From assembly GCA_964187785.1 (NCBI GenBank), contig OZ076415.1, forward strand, positions 60,760,001 through 60,824,000: a stretch of DNA of 64,000 bases, written 5' to 3'. Below the pieces are notes generated by a model, which had not been told where the DNA came from, did no database searches, and saw nothing but the letters and a program-made list of their open reading frames with translations. The translations under genes were made by a program, and so were the position numbers. This document shows, piece after piece, positions 51,601-61,294 of the stretch. Numbering within the stretch: the first letter of the stretch is position 1; each line of letters begins with the position of its first letter. This DNA is from Amphiscolops sp. MND2022 (lineage: Eukaryota).

Positions 51601-54600
51601 CAACGTGAGTCTCTCCTTGGCCCCACACTCGCACTTCTCAACAGCTGTTAGTTTGCACTGACCGCAGTCTCCTGGGTGACACAGGTCGGCACAATAGTGT
51701 TTGCCACAGTTGAGTAGTTTGCCACACTTGTTACTGCACATCCAGATCTGCGCACTGCAGCGCCTCGGAACTGGACTCGAGGAGCCGCATTGGCATTTGA
51801 CCTGTACCAGTGAATTGTAAACTACATACAATAAGTAGACGGAAGAGGAAAATTGGAAAAAAAGTTTTTGATGGAGGTCTCCCGTAAGCCGCATAGTGAT
51901 GAAAACCATCAGGCGTCCTTTATGCTCGCAAAACGTTTCGTTACTAGTAAAAATTGCTTCGATGAAAACAAATCAGAAAAGTCGCATAGAAAAAACGCCG
52001 GTCTTAAAAAACAAAATTCAGATATTTTGAAAATCTCAATGCTGAAAACTGTAAAAAAGGGAAAATTTTCAAAACAAAAATTAGAATTTTGAGAAGTCTC
52101 AGTGCTGAAAAATCGGAAAGAGGGGACCCTTCGGGATTTTTGAACAACCATTCTATTGCAAAATATCAAAAAATTGAAGGGGCCCTCTGGGGACATTAAA
52201 AAATTTCGGGGGAAAATCTCACAAGGCCGAAGAAAGGGGAAGTCTCACAGTGCCGAAAACAGTGCGAAAGGGGACCCTTCTGCTGTGGAATGCTTGTAAA
52301 AAAATATTGGCGCATACGCACCGGTTTGAACACGAAACTTCTGGGTTGAAAAGCAGGCATCTTACCACTAGACCATGAACGCCTAAACTGCGACTTGCCG
52401 ACTGAAACGAGTTGTCGCGCGGAAAAAAGCATCCGCACTTTCCCATAACACTTGCTTATTGCAAGTGTAATAAATCCTAGATTCGATTTTTGATTGAACA
52501 GAAACGCTGCTCTTAACTCGAAATTTTCAAAAAACATGTCGAATTTCAAACACTACTCATCAAATGAGGATAGATTTGGTACAATTCACTGACCTGCACT
52601 GTCTGGGGGCAAGGAGGACAGGGTCCGGGATGGCACAGAAGGGTGCATCGATGGCCACAGGGTTCATGGTCACTGGGTGAGATGAGAGGCTTGTCGCACG
52701 ATTGGCCACAAGCGTGGGGCACAAGCCAAGGATCGAACTCGGGATCACAGGTTTTGCCACAGAAACAAAAGTAGTATTCGGGAATGGAATCAACGGAGTA
52801 CTCGTATCGGCACTTAGGGCTACAACAAAAGATTCAAACAATGATATCAAATGAAAACCAAGAGTCAAAAATTTTTGACTCGAACGTTATATAAAAGGAT
52901 TATATCAGAAAAGTCAAAAGATCGGTTTTTCAGCTTTAGCACAGGTCAAATTAAAAATGCCGGTAAGTCCACTACCTACCAGATGACATTGCGATACAAG
53001 ATGTGACTACTAACCAATCCCATGTGAGGTTCGTAGAATGCATGTCATGTCGCGATGTGTCGCCATGTGCTTCTAAACGCATCTTGGTTTGCTCAATACT
53101 GTCTCTGGCCCACTTCTGAATACACTGCAAGTGGTACATGCAAGAACACCTCTCACAACTCCACACAGGCTGCGTTCTCTTCACCGAGGAGATGCAGATC
53201 AGACAAGACACTGCTCCACTTTGACACACTTCCAGCAGCAACTTCGAGATCCTCCCGGCATCCTCGGTTGTACCTAACATTTCAAATTAAAGTTATTTTC
53301 CGACCCCACATTTTATAAATGGGGGAGGAGAATCATGATCTGTGATGCGTTTTTTTTCCAAATTCTGCCAAAAGTCCACTTGACTATCCATCCACTTGAC
53401 GACTATCTCCTCTATCGCTAAGAAGGGGAGAAGCTAGCTTAGAAGGGGAATATTATCTAAAGTTAAAAAGGGAATAAGATCTCAAAGGAATAAGATCTAA
53501 AATCACTGAATTTTAGATCTTATTCTTTAGATCCTATTCCCCCTCCCAAAAAAGCTATGGCTTAGTCGGTGAAGGCGAAAAGGGCGGAAAATATCCCGGT
53601 GCTTAGCGGGCGTCTTGTTGGTAATAGTCACGAAAATAATACAAAAGAGATGCAACAAATGATCTCAAGGCCCGAAAATTAGCCTCTAATTACACTTCAT
53701 ATCACGTCTTTGTTTTCATTGTTCTTGCCTGAACTTCGAGGCATTTAATTTGGCATAAATTTCGACCACCCCATCAGAGTAACCGTGTAATATTCTACTT
53801 GTTAGAAACTGAGCAGTGTTTTTCGTAGTGATTTAACTTCATGAGCTTAGTATTTGAAAAAAGTAGAAAAAGACTTGAATGACATTTTAGTCTCAGATAG
53901 TTCAGTAAAAAGATAGCCCCGGAAAGTTATTTTCATCAAATTAAAATGTAAAACCTTTTCCGAATAATCTTGAAGAAAGTATTATAAATATACTTTGATC
54001 GGTCGTTCATTACATGGTTACTATAACATGATCGCGATTACCTGTTCGGAATGATTGAGATTGTATCGACTTACTTTCTGACTCATACTTTTCGAAAGTA
54101 GCGCTTATGATGCTTTGATAATGGGACCCATTTTCCGAATCATCGTCTTCATCATCGTCTGATGACTGGTACTCGATGACAGAGGGGTTGACATGAGTGC
54201 CTCGGTTGTTGTTATTGGAACCTCTTTTGACATTGATCACTTCCTCCGTAGACTCAGTTGACCCAGCCGGTGACACTTGTGATGGCGAAGGAGAGTTGGA
54301 ATTGTTGTCATCACAGCCTACATCAGTCGTTATTCCATATCCAGAACCCACCTCTGTCAATAGATAGGACTGCCCTCCTCGACCACTGCTGTGAGCCCCA
54401 ACACCGTTATTCGACATATGAGCTCGCATTGGGGAGCTCACGGTATATTCAACATAAGTGGGAGGCGGGTAGAAACTCATCTGAGTCGGGTGATTCGAAG
54501 CATGTCCAGAGGAGTATACATAGTCGCCGTATGGAGCAACAGTTTGAATTGGCATCATTGGACTGTACACTCTGAAATCCCCGCCTGTAAAAAGCACCAC

Positions 54601-56102
54601 TTTAACAACCAGTAAAATATCAAGTAGAATTTGGCTGTTTTCCGATTTGAATTTTTGAGTTTGTCCTAACATTTAAATCAAAAAGTGCAGGCAAGTAAAA
54701 TGGTTCATTATACAACGAAAATTCAAAAATGTACACCGTAAAAACTTTTCGATTATGAAAATCATCGTCGCTGCAGAGCATAAAATGGAAGCACAACAGA
54801 GTCCAAACCACATGAGAAATAGAAATTGACAGTGATGAGGATGAAACAGTCAGACAAGGAAGTATTGGGGTGGTCAGGGTTGGAAATAAAATGCATATTG
54901 TGAAGTGGGCGATTTGTAATCCTCTTACAAGGGCGGCTTCGTGTGTTTTATGTCTATAACTTTCAGTGGCCATAGTCATTGAAGTTTATTTTCAATTTTC
55001 AAATTGAATCATACTAGTAATTGCTTCTGACGCATGAAAGTATGACTAGTATGACGCATGAAACCTAAAAGTCCCAGGATGTAAAATGCAATTCTGGCAC
55101 CCGATATTCAGACTCTTCATGAAAATTTATCTCGACTCATCACATATATAATTGAGCCAGTTGAGAAAAAATTCACCACAGTTTTCTCTCAAGGTTTTCA
55201 TTTTGCGTTTCTCAAACAAAAAATCGTTTCAACACGATGATAGGCACTAGAAGCGCTGGAAATTACTTTCCACTTGACCTAGCAGTTAACACGGATTTTT
55301 ATGCCTAGTACATGGGAAGCAGTACATGGGTTCGAGTCCTGCACTGGGCCAGATATTTTAAGGCATGTAAATCGTTTAGGGGAGACCAAAGGCCCCATCT
55401 TTGGGATTTTTTGGCACTTTTAAGAGAAGAAAAAGCCTTTTATGCCCTGAAAAAGCTCCTTGAAAATTTCTCCTCCTTATACTTTTTGGAAATTGTTTCT
55501 CACCACATAGTTCCCGAGCGTGGGAGTTACCAGCAAACTCGTGCCGAGCTTCTGTAGTTCTTTATTATATTTATTCATTTCGACAATATTATTGACATTT
55601 TCTCGTCTATCGATCTCATACATACGTGAAAACGTTACAAAAACTGAACTCCCGTCTTCCTGAAAAACCAACGCTGTAATAACTAGGCCAATGGTTGCAT
55701 TTCGGATCAATATTGACGTTTGTTGTTTCATTCCGTCATCCATATAAAATTCCGCCCATTATACTTACCAGAATATACGAAATTATGCGGGGGATGGGGA
55801 AAATGCTGTGGAGTATTCCAAGAGCCCCAAGCACCACCTGCTAAACTCCATTGTTGTTCTAAAGCATGTTGACTAGTACCACCCGGATGTCTATCAGAAT
55901 TAGAAGAATGAATACCGTCATGTCTTTCATGTCTCCATGAGCCATCTGACTGCCCAGCTGCTGACGTACTTGAATTGTTCTGTCGTTGGCTACCACCTCC
56001 ACCTCTTTGTCTATGCCGAGGGGCTGACTGCGAGGGTCGGCAACTACCATTCTGTGACCCATTTGAACGACACCCTGAACTACCGCTCCTTGAACTCTGC
56101 AT
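18119..56102 (-). CDS. NFXL1: NF-X1-type zinc finger protein NFXL1-like, 12 coding exons, 1163 aa
   Basis: Exons 55769-56102, 54042-54584, 53015-53273, 52594-52819, 51470-51801, 50749-51010, 49992-50215, 49242-49401, 35335-35565, 33517-33683, 32536-32806 and 18119-18601 join in frame (3492 nt). The protein has a RING-like [33 protein letters not shown]...CPKCR motif, tandem CGxHxCxxxCHxGxC fingers and a C-terminal hydrophobic helix. The start codon and the absence of further small exons are inferred. Confidence 0.93.
19145..19770. mobile_element. Fragments of the same modular repeat family plus another repeat
   Basis: aacaagccgggaacggcccaagtcggcg start; ttgaagggtgacctttggagacattaaaaaa module near 19680. 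Confidence 0.55.
20084..21240 (+). pseudogene. JmjC-domain (Fe/2OG dioxygenase) ORF broken into three frames; core 20247-21005 open
   Basis: WFTSGHIE (T..HxE), [17 protein letters not shown] (2OG-binding Lys), [18 protein letters not shown] (distal His). The spacing resembles KDM2/KDM7-type JmjC domains. Intronless. Confidence 0.72.
21994..23190 (-). CDS. BEL/Pao LTR-retrotransposon integrase ORF
   Basis: HHCC finger (HFHEATLH...CGKC), [26 protein letters not shown], and the C-terminal [21 protein letters not shown] typical of BEL/Pao. Confidence 0.93.
   Translation of the reverse strand: MTLSAVSGDKLRSFDVRILRTCEQDSKLAVLIFQHFHEATLHCGAELTVNSSREEFWIPNSKVLVKKVIRECGKCSRFENKIPFQLTADLPAERITPAKPFEICGLDLAGPIYTKPGVKTYIAIFVCFVIKAVHIELVTDLTKGSCVLAIRRFISRRGIPRKILSDNGKNFVGARNDIMKIQEILAVENNKKSVGSFMAQETIEWEMIPPRSPHFGGLWEASVKSMKRHLRRVVGLQVLSFEELNTLVIGIEGILNSRPLSAMSSDPNDLQPITPAHFFLGKSAKDLTTVPERNAKINFGQRFKLLEVSKRSFWKSWYRDYLVILQIRKRWLHPGPSFQQGDLVLVAEDNMPPLRWKMARIEQLYSGNDYINRVAKLKTSFGQIIRPVVKLRKLPIEP
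21994..23790 (-). mobile_element. BEL/Pao fragment (decayed gag-like part abutting integrase)
   Basis: Integrase as above; upstream Cys/His-rich remnants (GLNPGH near 23200); no RT motifs or LTRs recognised. Confidence 0.55.
24083..25310 (+). pseudogene. PIF1-family helicase remnant followed by a GIY-YIG-like nuclease remnant (Helitron-like element)
   Basis: [11 protein letters not shown] (Walker B), [18 protein letters not shown] (motif III), ENVRM-like segment, [10 protein letters not shown] and [10 protein letters not shown] (motifs V/VI); GFVFIFRSL...IKQHKS near 25165-25260. Confidence 0.75.
26946..32467. repeat. Tandem duplication/triplication of a ~2.55-kb unit
   Basis: ttttcaggcgtcaa anchors at ~26951, 29515 and 32062 (periods 2564 and 2547); the third copy is truncated near 32346 and jumps to the unit end. 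Confidence 0.9.
32536..32806 (-). CDS. NFXL1: NFXL1 exon 11
   Basis: [14 protein letters not shown]...[15 protein letters not shown]...[14 protein letters not shown]...[15 protein letters not shown]; GTCAGT donor. Confidence 0.9.
33517..33683 (-). CDS. NFXL1: NFXL1 exon 10 (not in the ORF track)
   Basis: Manual translation [55 protein letters not shown]; cag acceptor, GTAAGT donor. Confidence 0.92.
35335..35565 (-). CDS. NFXL1: NFXL1 exon 9
   Basis: TLLNN...PCPPC...SCFGQHE...[17 protein letters not shown]; phase 0/0. Confidence 0.92.
35765..48965. repeat. Intronic satellite array, ~165-170-bp monomer, about 78-80 copies (length/168 estimate)
   Basis: Continuous head-to-tail copies of ...gaacggttgtaatcattgactgaaggagacaccagggttcacccattgctgggaggtgactcgaaacagcctcgttcaaacgtaagcatcacttga...; degenerate at both edges. 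Confidence 0.98.
49242..49401 (-). CDS. NFXL1: NFXL1 exon 8
   Basis: RPPSCHHP...[15 protein letters not shown]...[12 protein letters not shown]; phase 2/0. Confidence 0.92.
49992..50215 (-). CDS. NFXL1: NFXL1 exon 7
   Basis: [40 protein letters not shown]; GTGAGA donor. Confidence 0.92.
50749..51010 (-). CDS. NFXL1: NFXL1 exon 6
   Basis: TCPCG...[18 protein letters not shown]...NCGRHQ; canonical sites. Confidence 0.92.
51019..51469. mobile_element. Probable degenerate TIR element forming NFXL1 intron 5
   Basis: GCAGGGGTCACCCT (51021-51034) vs the reverse complement of the other end, GCAGGGTTCCCCT; direct repeat ctattggc (51011-51018) / ctattgcc (51470-51477). Confidence 0.55.
51470..51801 (-). 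CDS. NFXL1: NFXL1 exon 5 (NF-X1 fingers; GC donor)
   Basis: VKCQCG...[15 protein letters not shown]...[11 protein letters not shown]...CPNSGNR; only the AG|GC donor keeps frame with exon 6. Confidence 0.9.
51850..52470. mobile_element. Modular repeat, copy 3, nested inside NFXL1 intron 4
   Basis: Same modules, tRNA-like segment and hairpin at 52448-52468. Confidence 0.7.
52310..52383 (-). pseudogene. tRNA-derived segment (Glu-like) inside the repeat
   Basis: Homologous to 14151-14224. Confidence 0.6.
52594..52819 (-). CDS. NFXL1: NFXL1 exon 4
   Basis: Manual translation CPKCRYEY...[26 protein letters not shown]...[22 protein letters not shown]; the ORF track shows a different frame here. 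Confidence 0.93.
53015..53273 (-). CDS. NFXL1: NFXL1 exon 3 (RING-like domain)
   Basis: [37 protein letters not shown]; AG/GT sites in phase. Confidence 0.93.
53470..53541. repeat. Palindrome built of AGATCT motifs
   Basis: Perfect 16-bp arms gaataagatctaaaat (53488-53503) / attttagatcttattc (53510-53525), plus outer imperfect arms. Confidence 0.8.
54042..54584 (-). CDS. NFXL1: NFXL1 exon 2 (low-complexity and acidic region)
   Basis: ttttacag acceptor, GTAATC donor, phase 1/1, open frame GDFRVYSP...[11 protein letters not shown]...FRTG. Confidence 0.8.
55271..55349 (+). pseudogene. tRNA-derived relic with a long variable arm (Leu/Ser-like) in intron 1
   Basis: A-box-like TGACCTAGCAGTTAA, B box GGTTCGAGTCC; acceptor and anticodon stems broken. 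Confidence 0.45.
55769..56102 (-). CDS. NFXL1: NFXL1 exon 1 (Gly/Ser/Arg-rich N-terminus; putative ATG at 56102)
   Basis: [12 protein letters not shown]...[14 protein letters not shown] donor, phase 1 matches exon 2; an AG acceptor 9 nt upstream suggests a further 5' UTR exon. Confidence 0.7.
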
Positions 56103-56353
56103 GTAACAAACCTAAAACGTAATAATTCAGTTGTAGCGGGCTGGTGATACATATCAATGTATTTCAAATAGGATCTTGATGGAACCTCTGACATTTGACC
56201 GATCAAGTCAATGAGGGTATCATGATGATTGTACTATCATCATATAGACTCAGCCAGAATGACAAGGAAAAAGGTACAACAAGAAAACTGGGATGCAGAA
56301 CATCAGAATTCATGATGTCAAAGACTTTCTTTATCCTCTCGCATATGACATAC

Positions 56354-56607
56354 AGTGACTTCCCATAGCTCCGAATATTCATGGCTCCGAAAATTACTTT
56401 TAATTATTTAGGTAAATAATAAATCGCAGTCCCAAAGTGCTTAATCAAAGAAATCATTGCGGCAACTAGAGGCATTGACAGTTCGGGGAAAGACGAACAA
56501 CTTGTCAATATTTTGTCAACATGCGCGGATTTTACGAGTGAAAATATTACGTTTGAATTTTCGGAGCTATGGCACTAGATTTTGAATTCGGAGCTATGAA
56601 TAGTCAC
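56354..56607. mobile_element. MITE-like inverted repeat upstream of NFXL1
   Basis: gtgact..catagctccgaa occurs twice on the left and its inverse ttcggagctatg..agtcac twice on the right. Confidence 0.6.
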
Positions 56608-57370
56608 CATGACATAGATCGTCGTCATTAATCTAGTGCTACGGTGGTGCGAAAATTGGAGGATCGCAGTCAATGGCGACGTCAATAATCTACCTCAACA
56701 CGGAGAACACGCACGCCCCGAAGCTTTTCGGCGAAGCCTGCAAGGTCACAAGAAACACAAAAATCCTGGGTTTGATTGGGGACAACAAAATGAATTTCAA
56801 CGAACATCTACAGAAAGTAGAAGGAAAAGTTGTTAAACAGCTGAACATTTTAAAAAGTTTTGCGGCTCTAATTGGTGTCTAATCATATTCTGACTCTAGC
56901 AACCTCGACTGTTGGGTGGACATAAATCTTTTCTCTGATCACTATCCTATTCATTTTTCACTCGAGTGCACGAATACCGAAACACCTATTGTATTTTCCT
57001 ACTTACAATCGTCTTCCGATAAATCAACTTGAATCAATCTCTATCTCCTCTATATGATCTGATTTGTTTCATGCAACCCTCCATTGTCTATGACTTGGTA
57101 GCTGAATGGTATTCACTTTATCTTCTTCGTTATCCATTCTCTATTCGACAAAAGAGAAAACGTCGTCGGAATTTTCCCATCTACTACTCGTCCCATACGA
57201 TTCATCTTCTGAATGAAAAGTTTACAAACATTTGCAAAATGTTCCGATTCTGGTCACTTCAATAAGCTCTCAACCAACGTGAATTAGATCTAACGCCATC
57301 CCAATCGTTCGAATAGATAAACTTGTCTTCCAGGATAGAGTCAACTTATCTTCTTCAACCGAGTGCTTTC

Positions 57371-57719
57371 GGGTGGGCGGAAGTAGGTCGAAGGAACGGG
57401 ATCGAAAATCAGAGTTAGTCCTCAGGTCGACAAACCAAATTTTTGAATGGGATCGAAACAACTCGGATCGAAATTTTTATAACGTAGTCAGATATGTTCA
57501 CATACCCCTAGTGCCCTGAATGCAGGAGCGAAGCGAAGCAGAGCGACGTGCCATATATCCATGCCTCAATGTTGCTACTTGGCGAAGGGAGCGAAGCGAC
57601 CGAGCCATACAACAAATACGATGAAATTCGACCGCATTCCATTCGATCCCTGCAATTCGATCAGAAGGTTCGACCTCTGTCTTTTCGACCAGAAAAATTC
57701 GACCTATTTACAGCCACCC
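57371..57719. mobile_element. MITE with 9-bp TSD (Mutator-like), TCGA-rich arms
   Basis: TSD agtgctttc (57362-57370; 57720-57728); imperfect TIR gggtgg...taggtcgaa. Confidence 0.78.
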
Positions 57720-58494
57720 AGTGCTTTCGTATGCTTCGAAAATTGGGCTTTTGCAATCGTATTACTTCTGTTATGTATAACAACAATCAAAAATAATGCA
57801 CTGACAGTGATATTGCAAATGCCTTGAACGAATACCTTGGTTCAATGTTTTCAAAAGTTGACTTTGTCTCAGACTCAGAAACTAAAACTGTACCATGTTT
57901 TTTTAAATGATCAGCAACTCTCACTTATTGAAGTGGAAACGCTTCTGCTGAAATGTGATGATTCGATTTTTAGGGGTCTAAATCAAGTGCCTCCGTTTGT
58001 TCTTCGGAACGCATCAAATATACTGGTTCCACTTGTTGTCGAACTATTCACATGTATACTAAAAGATCGAACGTGGCCTCTTGTTTGGAAAGTTTCGCCC
58101 ATAACATCACTGCATGAAAAAGGCCCGAAACCTTCCAATGAGAATTATTGCTCAATCAGTATTCTTTGCAAACTCTCACTCATTCTGGAGCGGAATATTT
58201 TCAACTATTTGTTTCCAAAAGTTTTCAAGCTTATTCACAAAAAACAACAAGGTTTCATGAAAGCTCGAAGCACTGTAACTCAAATGATAACATGTTTAGA
58301 CCTCGTCTACCGCCATGGATTCCAATACTCCCACTTTGTTTATTGATTTTGATATGCAAAAGGCATTCAATTCAGAACCTCATCATTTGCTATTATCGAA
58401 CCTCAATCGTTTCAGTTTATGTGCTGGTTTCATGAAACTGATGGATTTTTACCTTGCAAACAGGTTTCAAATTGTCAAAGTAAGAGAAAGTCTC

Positions 58495-58962
58495 AGAGGG
58501 GGCACAACTGAGATCTAAATAAATTGATCTAAAAAATCAGGTCTAAAAATCTGTTCTAATTTGATCTAATTGGAGAAAAAAAATAAGTCAATTAGGATCT
58601 AACACAAAAAAGTGATATAAAGTATAAAACGTGCCTCGGATATGTCCCCATTTCCTCTAGTGCCCCGCGGCCCCTTGGGGCCGCTTATTTTCCCATCTTG
58701 CTAAGCGACGTCGAACAGGAGCAAAGACCTAGCGGGAACGGAGATCGCGAAGCGATCGTGGTGGGAGCTGGTCTTTGCGACGGTGAAGGCGAGCGTGCAT
58801 ACATCGCATATGCCCCACATTATATTTTCGCTTTCAGATTACATATTAGATTATAAAGGGGTTAGACCTAAGTATTTTAGATAAAATTAGATCTGAACGT
58901 TAGACCTAACAGTTAGATCTAATTCCATTAGACCCAAGCAATTAGATCAAAGGCCTACACTC
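58495..58962. mobile_element. MITE-like insertion with AGATCT-rich arms and a conserved ~200-bp core
   Basis: Interrupts LINE RT just before PSGVTQG; core 58620-58822 matches 61806-62005. Confidence 0.7.
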
Positions 58963-61294
58963 CCTTCAGGTGTTACTCAAGGAAATGTTTTCGGACCATT
59001 GTTATTCACTCTGTTTATCAACGATATGGAGGATTCTATTGAACATGGATGCCCATTTACTTTTGCTGATGATTTGAAAATTTATTTTGACTGAATCTTC
59101 CAAATCTTTCAAAGCGATTTTGATGCTCTTCTACATTGGTCTGTTTTGATTGGTCTGAATTTTCGTCCCTCGAAATGTAAATGTTATTCATTCTCTAACG
59201 TAATGCTTTATTATATGATGAATCTTGGATCAAATGAATTGCTTATTGATAAGACCATTGAAGTCCGTGGGTTTACAGTCACATCTAGCCTCGACTGGAC
59301 GAATCATATTGAAACGAAACTCGCCAAATGCAACAGAGTCTTTAATTTCACGCGTCGAAAAATCCCTTTTTCTACCTCCAATCCCAGAAAAAATTACTTC
59401 AGAACTCTCTGGTTGTATCTATTCTGCTATATGAATCTGCTGTATGGGCGCCTTTAGTTACTTACGTCAAAAAGTTAGAAACGTTTCAAATGCGAGCTTT
59501 TAAATGGATTTGTTCGGATAAAAAGTATAAGCCACTGTTTTGAGCCATTCCTCTTTATCCTTGTGATTTCAGCTTGCGGAAAACGACCTCATACAGCTAT
59601 GAAAACTACACAACCGCTGCCTAGATGTCAATTACAATCTTGCTACGAGTACCCTGAATTCAAGATCATCCACTCTAGGGCTTTTTGATGTTCCAAAAAC
59701 AAAACAATTGGCTCTGAAAGCAACTTCTTTGTCAGATCTACTACAACAGCAAATGCACTAACTATTCTAAAAGTGCTCGATTTCATTATGTCGCTTCAAC
59801 ATTTCAAACTCGTGCTACGTAACTTTCTGTCAAAGATCTCAATTTTTGAAATTTCGAACTCCTGTTCACTCTTTATTAAATGTCACTGTTCGTTTTGTCG
59901 CTCATAATCTTTCGGTTTTTCGTATTATTCATAACATGTACGTCTTTTATAACTACTAATAGTACTACTACCAAAGCAAGCAACCCCCATAAAGCTTCAC
60001 AAAACTCTAGTGCTCCGCCGACTTCTGTACACGGCCTCTGTGTGGGCGAGGAAACACGTTCAAGCACTTAGCCGACTGCAATACACCGCGCTCAAATTTA
60101 TTTTAGTTAAAAGTACGAAATTCGACCAGTTGGTAGCAGAAATGCTGTGCGGTCTCCCGCCTATGCAATTACAAATTGACATTAACACTATTAAATTTGG
60201 AATCATGCGTTCTCAACAGCAGGACATTTTGTGGAAACTGTATCGGAAATGTCAATTGGCAGAATTAAAAAGTGATAAAATTGACGATTTCTCTAAAGTC
60301 GCAAGTGCAACAAATTGTTACACGGTGTCAACTTGCCATGAGTACCTGAGAAGTAATGGAACAGAATATTCAAGAAGTCGCTCACGACTACCCCTCTGGA
60401 ATGGTCGATCACTCAAATTGAATTGGAAGATTGCCTATCCAAAAATGACAAACAGACACCTAGAAAGACTTATCTACAAGCTCTTTTTGATTTTCAACGT
60501 GGAACTGGCAGAATATGCGTACAAAACTTGGAGAGCGGAGACTCCGCTCTGCCCTTGTCGAGTAGATACAGAATCAGTCCTGCACTACTTATTTTTTGCC
60601 CCCTGAACAAGCAGTTTCGTGCGCTCGAACTTGCCACAGGAAATATCTATTCACTTGCCTGGACCACGAATCTAATAAACTTCATCATTGATTCTGGAGG
60701 TTTCAAAGTAGAACAGGAAGAATACGGCACTTTCAAGAGAATACCCTACTACTGAAGACTGATGATTTCTCAGGCTATGACTAACAGACCTTCAACTTTT
60801 ACTTTATTCACACAGAACTGATACCACTTGCCTAAAACAAAGTTGTTAGGTTAAGCCGCAATATATAATCTAGTGACGTGCAGGTTTTGTCATGTAAGCA
60901 GGAAAAACACGCACCCGTGGTCTGCAACCGAGAGGAAACGAAATAAACGATGAAGCACTGCTACTACTCATGCCAGCAACTATCCCTGTCGACCGATACG
61001 AGTATTTCGAGTTCTCAGCTGGCTCTGGCCGCTGAAATGGGTGGTCGTGGTGTTTAATCCGCATCATTATTAGCACTTCCGGCCTTTTTAGCTCCAGCTT
61101 TTGGTGCGAGTGACTTTCTCATGACGATTTTCTCGGAAACATTCGAAGCTGTTTTGTTTACAAAAGCGCTCGAGAAAGCGTTGAGTTTGACGAATGAACA
61201 GAAAGGTCCTCCCGATGGAACCCAGAAAAACTGGATACAACCAGTATACGTCAAAACGGTCCAATAATTGATTTCAAGAATGGATGACAAACGT

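Larger units (their letters stand above)
51808..52591. mobile_element. TIR element (hAT-like MITE) forming NFXL1 intron 4
   Basis: Perfect 12-bp TIR CAGTGAATTGTA (51808-51819) / TACAATTCACTG (52580-52591); 8-bp TSD acctgtac (51800-51807) / acctgcac (52592-52599). Confidence 0.85.
56876..59975 (+). mobile_element. Inner LINE (CR1/L2-like): APE tail and RT remnant
   Basis: FSDHYPI (end of APE domain), PITSLHEKG..NYCSISILCKLSLILE, QQGFMKARST, DMQKAF, GVTQGNVFGPLLFTLFIND, FADDLK; (TAC)n-like tail near 59955-59970. Confidence 0.85.
56625..60860 (+). mobile_element. Outer LINE (I/Jockey-like 3' end), split: 56625-56875 and ~59980-60860
   Basis: WCENWRIAVN...KILGLIGDNKMNFNEHL...LNILKS resumes as KLHKTLVLRRLLYTASVW; CCHC finger CPCRVDTESVLHYLFFCP. 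Confidence 0.75.

Noticed and set aside
52560-52868. ORF-track protein MTLGFHLIS...
   Set aside because: Wrong frame; the real exon 4 is read in another frame
58625-58700. HDV-like ribozyme in the MITE core (minus strand ends aatggggac)
   Set aside because: No P2 partner and no catalytic C in the J4/2 position
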